From Geosiphon pyriformis uo1 (taxonomy: Eukaryota; Fungi; Glomeromycota), in assembly GCA_016748015.1 (NCBI GenBank), contig JAAOMT010000128.1, positions 379,538-443,537 on the forward strand: DNA of 64,000 bases, read 5' to 3'. Under the pieces are notes generated by a model. It worked only from the letters and a program-made list of their open reading frames with translations, was not told the DNA's origin and did not search any database. A program made the translations under genes and the position numbers. Shown here piece by piece: positions 11,881 to 23,839 of this stretch. The number at the start of each line of letters is the position of its first letter. Positions within the stretch are counted from its first letter, which is position 1.

Positions 11881-14574
11881 TCACTGGATGGTAAGTCTGG
11901 AAAGAGCGTTGGCATTTTGATGATTAGCTTCTTTGCAGTGTTGAATGTCATAGTTGAATTTGTCCAAGTGGAGTATTCAGTGAGTTATCCGTTTATGTTC
12001 CAAGTTTCTTTTGTTGCATAGCCAAACCAAAGCTTGGTGATCTGTTACCACCAAAAATTTCACACCCTTAAGATATTTGTCCCAGTAGCTGGTAGCCCAA
12101 ACTACTGCTAAGCATTCTTGCTCAGTGACTGAATAGTTCTTTTCTGCTGGTGTGAGAGTTCTGTTGGCATATGCTATGGCATGTTCCCTGCCATCTTCGT
12201 CTTTCTGAGAAAAAACAGCACCAAGTCCATAGCCAGATGTATCAGTGTGGAGGAAAAAAGGTCAATCCAAATTAGGTTGCATGAGGATGGGTTCTGTAAC
12301 CAGTTTTTTCTTCAGAATTTCAAATGCTTTTTGTTGATGAGTGCCCCAGTGATAATTGATGTTTTTTCTAAGTAGCTGATTGAGAGGAGCAGCGATTTTG
12401 GAGAAATCCTTGACAAACTTGCAATAATAAGAGGCCAAACTAAGAAAAAAGCGTAGTTCATGAACATTCATTAGTTGTTTAATGTTTTGAACTTTTTCAA
12501 TTTTGGCTGGATCAGAGAAGATTCCATCTTTTGTAATAAGATGGCCAAGGAACTGGGTGGATTGATGTCCAAAGAATGATTTGATTGGATTGATCTTGAG
12601 ACCAGCATTTCTAAGGAGGTCAAAAACCTTTTGCAAATGTTCAAGGTGTTCATCCCAGGTTTTTGAGTACACCATTATGTCGTCCAAGTAGACTAGAACA
12701 AAGTTTTGTTTTACTGATTCAAATACTTTGTCCATTAAGCATTGAAATGTTGGAGGAGCATTTGTGAGACCAAAAGGCATAACTGTGAATTCATAGATAC
12801 CATACTTGGTGATGAAGGCAGTTTTCTTTCTGCTTTCTGGATCCATCTCTACTTGCCAGAATCCAGCAGTTAAGTCAATGGTTGAGAAAAAAGCGGCACC
12901 ATGGAATTGGTCTAGCATTGCATCAATCTTGGGAAGTGGGTACATGTCTCTTTTAGTAATGGCATTTAATTAGCAATAATCAACACAAAAGCATAGGGTT
13001 CCTCCTTTCTTGGATACCACTACAACTGGGAATGCCCATTCACTCTTGGTTTTCTGTATGAATCCAAGGGTTTTCATTCAGGTTATTTTCTTTTTGATAA
13101 ACTCATTATTGCATTGGTTGGATTGATAGGGCTTCAAATGGATGAGGCGAGTTTCTCTGGTGATGATGGTGTGTTGTATCACATGTATATGTCCAGGAGG
13201 TTCACCTTTTTTTGAGATAACTGGGCTGTTTCTAGCCAGCAGATTTTTAATGTCTACTTTTCTTTCTTCTTGAGAGAGTTCTCTTTGTTTTACAACCAGT
13301 GATTGGATTTCAGGTGGTTTGTTTTCAAAGGACTTTTGGACTTCTTTTATTTTCTCTTGGGGTATCAAGCTGATTGGTTCCCAATCTTTGTAATAGATTA
13401 GGCAGGACATGCATTTATCACTAGGAAAATACAATGGTTTATCACACCAGCACTGGGCACAAGGACTATGCCACCAATAACTGTATTTGGCTTTCTTGCC
13501 TGGCTTTCTGTCAAAGGTTCTTCTGAGCATGTCATAATAAAGCCAGCAGATCAGCTTGCCATTAACAATGATTCCTTCTTTATCTGCCTTGACATTATCC
13601 AGTAGTTTGCCATTGCTAGTGAAGATGGTATAGGCGAGTTCAGCAGTTTCTTCTTGTTCTTCTTGTTCTTCTTCTTTCTCACTTTCTTCATCATCTGATT
13701 TATCTGATTTATTTTCTTCTGGGCTTTGCTTGGATACTGGGGGAGTTGTCCAATGACAACACTTAACCACAATGGGTTTCTTACCACATCTGATGGTTAG
13801 TTCACAGAGTTCATAATCAAGCAAAGCCTTTGCCTTCTTGAGCCATTCATTGCCAACAATAATGGTGTATTTTTTTGCTTTAGACACTTCCATATCAGTT
13901 TCAATGCTGATGCCATTGATGCGGACAGGAATAGCTTTGGCTATGCCAAGTCCTTTTTTCTTATCACCATGCACATTGGTCATTGGTTATGTGGATGGTT
14001 CATCAATTTTTCTGCCAATTGCTTCAAGAAAGTGTTTGGCAATAACACTAACAGATGATTCACTGTCTAGGATCAAATTGATGAAGTAGCCAGCCACTTG
14101 GGCTTTACAAATTAGAGAAGTGACATTGCTATTGTCAGCAAGTCCAGCTTGGCGAGGGTGTTTGTTGGTTTTGGGTGTCTTTTTCTTTGGAATCAGGAAT
14201 TTGCGAAGATCTTTTCTGAATTGTGGATGGGTCATCAATTGGCCAAAGGTTATATGTGCTGGAGTTTCTATAAGGTCTTTGACAACAGAATAGGGACCGG
14301 ATTTTTGTACTATTTCTGGGGATTCCAACTTTGGAGGGTTCTTGAAAACTTTGGCTTTTGGGGGCTCATTGTTGTTAGCAGTTGATGTAGAAGCTTTATT
14401 GGGGTCTAGAACGAAATCAACTTTGGCTTTCTTCTTCTTTCTTGTGGATTCAGAGGGGTTGATTGCTAATTCATCCATGTTATGGTTATCATCAGTTAAG
14501 TTAAAAGCATAAAAGAGGTTTTCTTCTGGTTGGCTTGCACTCTCACCCTTTGGAGGTGCACCTACCAGTTTAAA
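11881..14574 (-). pseudogene. pol: B pol (protease, short Cys region, RT, RNase H) in the -1 frame relative to gag
   Basis: LILDS, IIVGNEWL, YPLPKID, MPFGLTNAP, VYLDDI; ends ALSRLTIQ followed by TGA TAG TAA. Confidence 0.9.
14536..14574 (-). promoter_or_regulatory. -1 ribosomal frameshift signal of B
   Basis: T TTA AAC heptamer, 6-nt spacer holding the gag stop, then a TGCAC...GTGCA stem; the -1 frame reads FKLVGAPPKGESASQPEE into pol. Confidence 0.8.
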
Positions 14575-16115
14575 AGCTGATAAACAGTGGCTTCAACTAA
14601 GAGATCCTCTCCAAAGAAATTGATGTTGGCATGATTGGGTCTTTGGTTGGGCACATTGTTGTTGTTGATTCTGTTGTTCTGAGCATCATTGTTTCTGGGG
14701 ACTGGTGGAGGCAGTGGAGGATTGTTGCAATTTCTTGAAAAGTGTCCAGTTAATCCACAGCGATAGCATACAGGTGGGCCACGATTTTGTTGTCTTTGAT
14801 AAGGTGGTTGCTGGGACTGATTGAAGCATGGTTCAAATCTGGGTCTTTGTGGTTGCTGATTTTCTCTGACTGCTTGGGCTAAGGGTTCTAATAACCGAGC
14901 AAGATTTGCTGTGAGTCTGTCTATTAACTGTTCATTTGGATCTTGAGTGTGAGTGGCAAAAGAAGTAGCAGCCATTTGAGGGGCAGAAGCCATGACAGGA
15001 ACAGGAGCAAAAACTGGTAGTGTGGATCTCAAGTGCATCCTTTGGTTGTCTTCAATTCTTTGTGCTAATTCAATGGCCATATTCATGGTGGGATTATCTT
15101 TTAGGGCCAGGAGGGGCCAAAAAGCATATGATAGATCAGTTTTCAATTCTTTTGTGAAGGAGTGAATTTTCTGCTCTTCTGTCCAATTTCTTCCAGTGTC
15201 TACTCATTTGATTAACTTTCTGATTGCTTTGGCATATTCGGTTACAACTTTACCGGGACCTTGGGTTCTTCTTTCCAATTCCATATGCCATTTTGATATT
15301 AATATTGGGGTTTTGAATTTGTTTTCAAACCGGGTAGTAAAAGAAATGTTGATTTTTCCCACATTTGCTGGTGTCCATCTAATAATTCTTTGCTGGACAT
15401 TGGCATCTGTTTCTTGTAAGAACCAGGTAGCAGGGGATCCTTGAAAGTAGCCACTGACAATTTGGAACTTGTACTCATCATTATATTAATTGGCTGTAGT
15501 GGCTCTTTCAAAGTCATCCAATTATTCAATTGGATCTTGTGCATTACCTCTAAATAATGGTATTGGAGTGTTGTTTCTTTGCCTTAGAGCAGTTTGTATA
15601 CCTTGGAGGGCGGCCAAAATGTTTGCTTGCATGGGGTCATTAGCCATTGGTTCAGGGGTAACTGTTTGTGTAGACAAGTCTGATTCGCTTGATAAAAAAT
15701 CAAAAACAGGGGCAGTTTGATAGCTTTTTTCTTCTGTTTCAAAGGGAGTTTCAGTTGCTTGATGGGCAGCAATCCAAATGTGGATTTGATGATTCAGATA
15801 TTCGAAATCAGGGAGCTGTTGTTCAAAGGTTGCAGAATATAAGAGCTGATTGATACTGTTGTTTCTTTCTTCAAAGTTGTTTTCAAAATAAGCTTGGTCA
15901 AAGTAATAGGTTGTATAAGCTGTGTAGGTTTCAGCTGAATGCTCGTTCAGGAACCAGTTCCAAAAGTTTTGGAATTGTCTATTGGATTGTTCTTCAAGGG
16001 GGAAGCAGATCAAGCAGGAGGGCAGAAGATTAAGTTCAATAAAACTTTGGTCATTTTTGTTGTGTGCTGCAAAGTGTTCTTCTGATTGCTGTGGCAGATA
16101 TGAGTAATCACTCAT
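14562..16115 (-). pseudogene. gag: B gag
   Basis: PLFRG--QDPIE capsid start; CYRCGLTGHFSRNC knuckle. Confidence 0.88.
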
Positions 16116-16142
16116 ACAATGAGGGAATAAGTGAATTTTGAC

Positions 16143-16161
16143 AACCTCACAGGGAGCACTA
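16143..16161 (-). promoter_or_regulatory. PBS of B (tRNA 3' end AACCUCACAGGGAGCACCA, probably elongator tRNA-Met), 6 nt from the LTR
   Basis: TAGTGCTCCCTGTGAGGTT; the H copy reads TGGTGCTCTCTGTGAGGTT. Confidence 0.8.
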
Positions 16162-16167
16162 CTTTTA

Positions 16168-16845
16168 TGTTATGGGTTGGAGTAACAAGCTAACGGATAG
16201 CAAGGGAGAACAGTATTGTATGGTAATGGAAATAAACAAAGAAGGAATTACAATAAGAGAGCGAATTAAATAAGTAGGAATTTAATGTGCGTGATCAGTC
16301 TCATAAAAATCACAGTTGCTAATCTTTTCTTAAATCTGAAGGTAGAGGAATAGTCTGTGATTGTCAACAAGATAACACCACTGCTATTATTCTATGTCTC
16401 AACTCGGCAATTCTTAGAATCAATAACAGGTATTGTTGTACTTTTCAATTGTTTCTTTATTCAATGAATTACAAAAGCAAGCCAATTGCTTTTTAGGCTA
16501 ATTCTAACAAATACAAATCAAAAAGGGGAAAAGATAAGATATGTGAATGCCAACAAGTAGATACTTGAAGGTAAGGAAAGGGGAATAAGCAATTATGAAA
16601 GAAAGTAATTAATATTGTTTATTTCATTATTTTTATCATGTCTTTCTACAGCTAAGAGAATCATCACTTATATAGCTATCTAAAGTGATCAATGATCAGG
16701 TCAACAATCAAGTCAATGATCAGGTCAATGGTCAGGTCATTGATTAGGTCAATGATCACTATCTAAAAATAGGGTGGCTAATTATATGACATCAGTGGCT
16801 AATACATGTGATAATTAATAAAAACTATGTGTTTCAACCGTAACA
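16168..16845 (-). repeat. B 5' LTR
   Basis: Repeat of 9171-9834. Confidence 0.93.
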
Positions 16846-16944
16846 ATAACATAAAAACCCATACACCAAAAATAATTTTCTTTTATTTTCAAATCTTTTA
16901 TAATAACTATTCCTCAAAACATTTAACAATTATCCCAAAAACTA

Positions 16945-17622
16945 ATGTTAGCTTTAAAAACAATATCCAAATTATCTATTACTATTACTAGAAACCACAT
17001 TAATTATACCCAAACAGAAGTAGTCACAAATTTAGCCCCAAATTCACGAAAATATCACCCATATAAAAAAAACACAAGAAGTTATTCTGGAATTCACCTG
17101 CCAGAACTTTTAAAGCTTGCTTTAAGAGAAAACTTAATGCTCACTCTTATTAGTATTCCACCAAATGCTATTATTTAACAAAAACTTCAATTGTGTCTTA
17201 ATGAAGAAAACTACAACTATACTCCAATATATAGATATTTTTATATTGGAAAAACACTTCACAAACAAAAACGGGAGCTTACAGCAGCAAACCTCACAAA
17301 AGAAGCTATTTGGAAACAACTCTACAATGAATTCAAGACAACAGCTGGACCTACAAATAGTCATTATAAACTAAGAGCTGCTTTTAGACTTTATGACTTA
17401 TTTCACACCTGTGAAAACGTTCTACAAAACCCAATTTTTCAGCCTTTAAAGATTCAATACATTGGAAAGCTTACAGAACTAAAATTTCAACAATTTTCAG
17501 ACCAAATTTCTTTAATAATTTTGGATTATTATCTGAAATTTACAGACAGTAGTTGGACTTCGATGGAGCTCAGTCTTGAGGAAGAGTTTATGTTACCAGA
17601 CAAAATTAGAGATATTGTTTAG
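16945..17622 (+). pseudogene. A ORF3 (unknown accessory protein) running through the PPT into the 3' LTR
   Basis: ORFs 16945-17178 and 17191-17622, in the same frame; homologous remnant in G at 49165-49299. Confidence 0.65.
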
Positions 17623-18568
17623 CATGAAATTACTCTTATAAATCTTATCATTAATTAGCATATATTATCGTTTTTAATTATCACTTATTACATTAGCAAA
17701 ATGTCTGAAATTATCATTTAATTAATAACCCAATTTGTACATAACACAAATGTAACCTAAGTATGATGATCAATCATGCAATACCCTGAAATATGTAACA
17801 TTCAAAAATTCACCAAAATTTGTAGAAATTCGCCGAAATAATTGATAGTTCACCAAAATATCTAATAGTTTGTAGAAATAACTTGTAGTTCGCCGAAATG
17901 TATCTTTAGTTCAGTGAAATTGTAGAAAAGAGCAAAGTTCAAGTTCATAAAATAGTGTTATGACAAGTTGTATAAAAGAAGAGCTTCTCTCTTCGAGAAA
18001 ATATATCTTACTTTAGATTTATTACTTAGAATCATTCCTACACACACAAAAAGAAATAAATATCAAATAATTCGAAAAACCAAATTCTTTAATTATTGCA
18101 CTTGGAAAATCCCCAAAACCCAACTAACGTTTTGAAATTGATTAGTTACCAATTTCAGTAAACTGTTAGTGACTCTAGGCCTGGATAGAAAACGTTTTCT
18201 TTGATAAAATTCTATTTCTTTTACATTTCTTTTATTTTTTTTTATTTTCTTATTATAATCATTAAGGTAACCTACAGACAAGATTCCTGTAGAAGAGTTG
18301 ACTTTTACAGCAAAGTAACTACACATTTTTAATGAGCTTCCAGACAAGCAATTCCTGGGAAAGAGTTGACATTTACTACAATGTAAATACACAAAACAAC
18401 TGGCACGAAATTGGCCATTCTACTTATAAGTTCAGCAGTTCAAATTATAGAAAATAATTTGAAGATAAATTCAGTTACTGAAGGTTCAACCACATCCAGA
18501 AAACGTGAATTTACAGCAAACAAGCATCAACAACATTTAGAAAAAGAGACCAAAAACCTCCAATAATA
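17591..18568 (+). repeat. A 3' LTR
   Basis: Repeat of 1012-1979; preceded by the PPT GAGGAAGAG. Confidence 0.92.
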
Positions 18569-19478
18569 ACATGTTATAATGCAGGATAATACAGAATAAC
18601 ATGTAATAATATTAGATAACATATTATAACATAGGATAACTAGTGATAACATAGAAAAATGAAGCAATAACAAAAATAGTGAAGCAATAGCTAGTGATAG
18701 CAAAACAATTGAAAGCAATCCTGTAAAACTAAAAGAATATATAAAAACAAGTAGTTGTAGAAGTTAGAAAAACAGACAGATAGATATGAATCTTTAAACA
18801 AGAATCAAATATTCATATTCCTTTATCATTTATTATTTTTCTTATTTCATCTTCTGAAATAAACCAATTATTAAAGAAATCAGAATCACAAATTTATGTT
18901 CTCAAACTTCATAGAATTTACGTAAATTAACCCTTGTCTCATACCTTTGTTCTAAGACAGATGCTCTTAGCATAACCACCTCAAACTATTAATGATTTGG
19001 ACTAATTGCTCTTAATCATGGCAATTGACGATACTAATTTATTTTTTCTTTCTTTTCTTTTCTTTTTCTTTTCTTTTTCTTTCTTATTTTTTTGTGGAGT
19101 GGCAACATAGTAAAATCAACTGTCTAAAAATAGACTTCGTAATAGCCTGGTAAAAGAGGGAAGCTTCTCTTATATTTTGAATATTAGTATTATCTTGTTA
19201 GCTTACCAAAAGGGCAAAAAAACAACACCAGACCCTAATGACTGCACTTATTAGCTTAGAGAAGAAAGCTCACATTTATGAAAAACATTACAATCAATAA
19301 AAGACAAACTTTGTGCCTTATAATCAAAGAACTCAATGGGTAAAATCACATCCAGGAATAGATCTTCAGAGATTGATAATCAAGACTAAGCCAACAAAAT
19401 TACACAGAAGATGCATCATTAATAATTGAGAGCACCAAACATTATCATTTCCTATACCCACCAAGTTTACCAGTAACA
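18569..19478 (+). repeat. D 5' LTR, second part
   Basis: Matches about 38042-39120; followed by PBS TTTGGTGCTTTCTGTAAGG. Confidence 0.9.
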
Positions 19479-19698
19479 TTTGGTGCTTTCTGTAAGGTTA
19501 TAAATCCATAGAGACAGAGCACCCCAGAGATACACAAAAGTGGCAACTATTGAAATAATAAAAAGAGACCACTTCTTGTATGAAAAAGCACTATTTCAAT
19601 ACTTTTGAAAAAATTTAGGAATACCAGCAGAAACCACCATCACAGAAAGTAATTTTTGCAACTATATTAATGCAAAAATCAACTGCTTGCTAGGCCAC

Positions 19699-20620
19699 TG
19701 TTACTTATAGAATATAGGAAGTATATTATTATTAGCAAGTAAATATAAGCCAATCAGAATAGACATAGTAAATGTGGAATTCCAGGATTCTTCTCAGAGA
19801 AATTGCAGGATTCCAGGAATTTCAGGATTCTCTGGCAAGGAATTGTAGGATTCCAGAATTCCAGAATTCCTCTCATCAGGAATTGCAGGATTCCAGGAAT
19901 TTCAGGATTCCTGTCATAAGGAATTAAAGAATTGAGGAATCTCAAATATGTATATATAGCAGTAGTGTTAAAAGCAAAAGAGAAAAGACACCAAGAATTC
20001 TTAGCTTAGTTATCACAATCCTCAAATAAATAATTATTCATTATATCAAAGTTATTCTTCACTATCAACACTTCATGTTGATAGTAATTAATACTTAACT
20101 ATACTGGAACAATAGCTCTTGATCACGACTATTGATGGTATACTAACTTGTAAATCACCTTGGCTTATTTTTTATTTTCTCTTTTATCTTTTCTTTATTT
20201 TCTTTATTGTCTACTAACTTGATTAAAAGATTTACTCCTGGAGGACTTATGGAGAAATAAAACTTACTTAAACAATACTTACTCTTGGAGGACTTATGAA
20301 GGAATAAACTTGCTTAAACAATACTTACTCTTGAAGGACTTATGGAAGAACTGATGTCAGGAAACAGCACTAGTATACACTTATGGAGAATATCGTACCA
20401 GGAGAATCATCAACCATCAAGCTGAGCAAGCAATCGACAAAACTATGGTTTCAGGAAACTACTGATAAACTGTTACCATTGAATCTCTGTTCATTATACA
20501 AAAAACTCAATTGGAAAACCTTCAGATAAATACCTTCAGATTATTATCGTTACCAATCACTTTGAGCATCAAGTTACAGGTTTGTTATTTACTCGATACC
20601 CCAAAGAATCACCTATAACA
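19699..20620 (+). repeat. C 5' LTR
   Basis: Repeat of 29117-30039; GGAATTCCAGGA array at 19774-19940; TATATATAG at 19951; 46-47 bp tandem repeats at 20232-20350. Confidence 0.93.
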
Positions 20621-20680
20621 TTTGGTGCTCCTTGTGAAATATAATCCTACAGAGAACCAGCACCAACAACACCATTCAAA

Positions 20681-23411
20681 TGTGGCAGAATCAGAAATTA
20701 TAGGAGCCAACCACTTAGGATTTGCAAAATCCTTGTTTCAACAATACAGCCAACAATTAGAATTAAACAGTAATCACTACCTAGCTGAATTAGCCTTCAA
20801 CTATTATGTCAACAATAAAATTACAGACTGTTTAGGAGAAACCGTCAATATCAAATCAGCAAGAGAAAATTTCTATACAGAATTATTTCAACACACTAGC
20901 TTACCAAGAAATCACAGTTTCGTCCCAATTATCAGAGAAATTAATCAAACCATTGAAAGATACACACAACAACAATTTTCTATTACCTATGTAGACAAAG
21001 GTAAAAGAAGAATACAAACACCAGCAGCAACACCAAAAGGAATACAGTTACCTAATTGGAAGAAACACAGAGTAGAATCACCAACTGCTCCATCATATCA
21101 CTACACACTTGAAAGCACCATCAATATTTTATCAGCAGACATGTCCACATCAAATGTGACATCAACATTTGGAAGATTTTAGTTCCAAAGCAAACAATAG
21201 AAAGAAGACTTATTAGGACCATACAGCACATATTTTGAGAGATTTAAATCATGATTCCCAACGCCATCAGGAATTTGATCACCAATACTCCAACCAGATT
21301 TTGGAGCCACTACTCTATGGGAATTATCAAAGGAAGAAGAGGAAAGAAGTGAAGATCAAGAATTCATTTACCAAAACCCAATTTCAGAAAACTTGAAATT
21401 CGGAATCCTGAACGTTCAAATTCCATGAAATCCAAACATAGAAAATCTGGAAATTGAAATTCCGAATATTAGAACTCAGCAAAATCAACACAATCAGAAT
21501 CTTAATTTAATTAATCAGCCAAATGTACCTCCAAATATTGTTATTAATCACCCACCAATTGATCTGATAATTAAACTCATTTAGCAGCCATCTCAACAAC
21601 CAAATCCACAAATCTAACAGTTACAAGAACCACTTCAGCAACCACCACTGCAACAACAACTGCTACAGCAGCCACAACAACAACTAAATGTAAACCAAAT
21701 AACTTATGCACCTATTGCCAAGTTAGAAAACTTTACCAGCAAAGAAGACGACACTCAAGCATGGATCAATGATGTCTTCAAGACCATCATAGTAAACAAT
21801 TGGGACGATGTCAGAGCCCTACAGGCAATCCCATACTTTTTCAAAGAAACTGTTAACTCTTGGTATCAGAGTTTAGCTGACAGACCACAAACATTCCAAC
21901 AATTCAAAACTGCCTTTCTGGAATATTTTAGCAATAATAACAGTATTAATTGTCTAGCCAATACTTTCACCACAATCAAACAGAATAATACTGAAGTAGT
22001 CACAACATATCTAAAACACTTTCATAGAGTTCTACACCAAATTCAAGCCATCAACACTGTATATTTCACAGAATCCCAGATTCTCAACCAGTTTATTTGT
22101 GGCCTGTGCAGTAGCATTTTGCAACACGTACATCTATTACATCCAGTCAACTTTCAAGCCACAGTCATACACACTAGAGATTTTGAATCAGCTAAGCTAG
22201 AAGCCAACCACGCTCAAGCTGTAAATTTAGTAATAAATAGATTATCTGATTTGGATTCCAAATTGAAGCAAATCAGTGATACCATTAATTAGAAAATCGA
22301 GGAATACTTAGTTAACAACCATCAGTCCATTTATCAACCTTCCCAAAGATGCAGTAATTAGGGAAACTACAATTGTTCCCAAAATCAAGTGTGTCCCTCA
22401 ACATTGGCCAATCAGTAGTGGCAGCCAGAGATGCATGTCTGCCACAACTGTAGTAAACAAGGCCACATAAGAGCCAACTGCAATGCTTATAACTGACAAT
22501 CGGGAAATCAACATTGAAATCCCGATCACTGATTCCAAACCTCGAATCAATATCAAAATCAAGAGCAAAATCAAAACACTTACCTGCCAATGATGCAGCA
22601 GCCAATTTATTAAGCACCAGTATATTAGACCCCAGTTTATCAACTGCAACCACCAGCAATATATTAACTACAACCATTTATAATATATCAACCACAGCCA
22701 CAAGTAATCTATCAACCTCAAACCATTCAAACACCACCCCAAAACTTACCTCAACATGAAATCCAAAGACCGAGAATGACACAACAAAACTGGAGATCAG
22801 TGATAGTTGTTCACCAACTGATTCCCAGTTCCTTCAACTCACTATCAGGATTGTATTCTCAGAATTCGGGTACCAGTGCCACCCAAAACCCGAATTCCCA
22901 GAACTATTTAAGTTTCCTGGTTACCCCAGAAGATGCCACACCCAGCAACCTGAAAACCAACCCAATCCAAAAACTTACCAGCAATATATCACTAGCAATG
23001 GTCACTGAAAATGAAACATTAACAGCCATTTTCTCATTTGAGTTCAAGAAAACCACTCCAGTCCCATTATTCAGTGGAGCTGCCCTTAAAGAGAAACCCA
23101 TTATAGCAATGTATACTGATGCCAAAGTAGATGACCACTCCATCAAATTGATCCTAGACAGTGGTTTAGCAGGCAACATTATCATGCAAAAACTCATAAA
23201 CCAATTAGGTCGCCAAGTTGATCGTGCTGCTAGTGCTCATATAATTACTACTAATGAAATGACCAAAACTCCAATTGGCAAAATTGACGATTTCCCATTT
23301 GAAATCAATGGCATTATAATACCTATCAAAGTCTTGGTAATGGAAGCCACACAATACCAGACTTTTATGGGCAATAATTGGTTATTAAAAACTCACGCTA
23401 CTCTCGATTGA
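20681..23411 (+). pseudogene. gag: C gag and protease (one frame, many CGA/CAA-derived stops)
   Basis: IAKLENF, CHNCSKQGHIRANC, LILDSG, MGNNWL. Confidence 0.85.
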
Positions 23412-23839
23412 ACCACCCAAGAACTACAATTAACCTTTGGTGGTCAGCATACTCGAACACTGGCCACTTGTGGCCACTTTAAGCCAAGCAATGCCCAACC
23501 ACTCATCGAGTTCAAGAAAGAAACAAGGAAATCTATCTGGGAAGCCTATCAAGTCTTGTGGGCCAACCAAGACCATAATGAGTTGCCACCAGTATCTTTT
23601 TAGAACGGCAATATTAAAGGAAAGCAAAAAGAAACAGAACTTACCTAGACCTCTAACCAAGCTTGGGAAACAAAAAATAACTACAACAAACCAGCCAATT
23701 GAGAATAGGAAGAGAAAGATAATGGAAAGAGAAAAGGGAAAAAAACCACATTGGAAGAGACCACCAGCACCAGCGAAATAACCAGTGGCTAAACCAGTTC
23801 ATACTCAGTTCATGAGCCACTACCACAACTGCCATATAT

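Larger units (their letters stand above)
9171..16845 (-). mobile_element. Ty3/Gypsy LTR retrotransposon B, full length, no dUTPase, inserted between IN and ORF3 of A
   Basis: LTRs 9171-9834 and 16168-16845; perfect ATAA duplication; PBS 16161-16143; PPT 9835-9850. Confidence 0.93.
1012..18568 (+). mobile_element. Ty3/Gypsy LTR retrotransposon A, full length, hosting B
   Basis: LTRs 1012-1979 and 17591-18568, duplication ACAC/ACAT, order gag-PR-Cys-rich-dUTPase-RT-RH, IN, ORF3. Confidence 0.92.

Noticed and set aside
16945-17622. ORF3 as an envelope gene
   Set aside because: Too short, with no signal peptide, furin site plus fusion peptide, or transmembrane anchor visible.
18093-18392. Antisense LTR ORFs (also 57102-57374, 19754-19945, 29164-29364, 769-1011)
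   Set aside because: Short, repeat-derived frames with no recognisable motifs; they recur only because the LTRs are repeated.
20232-20350. CRISPR-like repeat array
   Set aside because: Head-to-tail repeats without unique spacers, inside a eukaryotic LTR, with no cas genes.
22514-22759. Separate S/T-rich overlapping protein in C
   Set aside because: It is an alternative frame of the Q/P/Y-rich gag tail. Frame 0 is continuous once CAA/CGA-derived stops are reverted.
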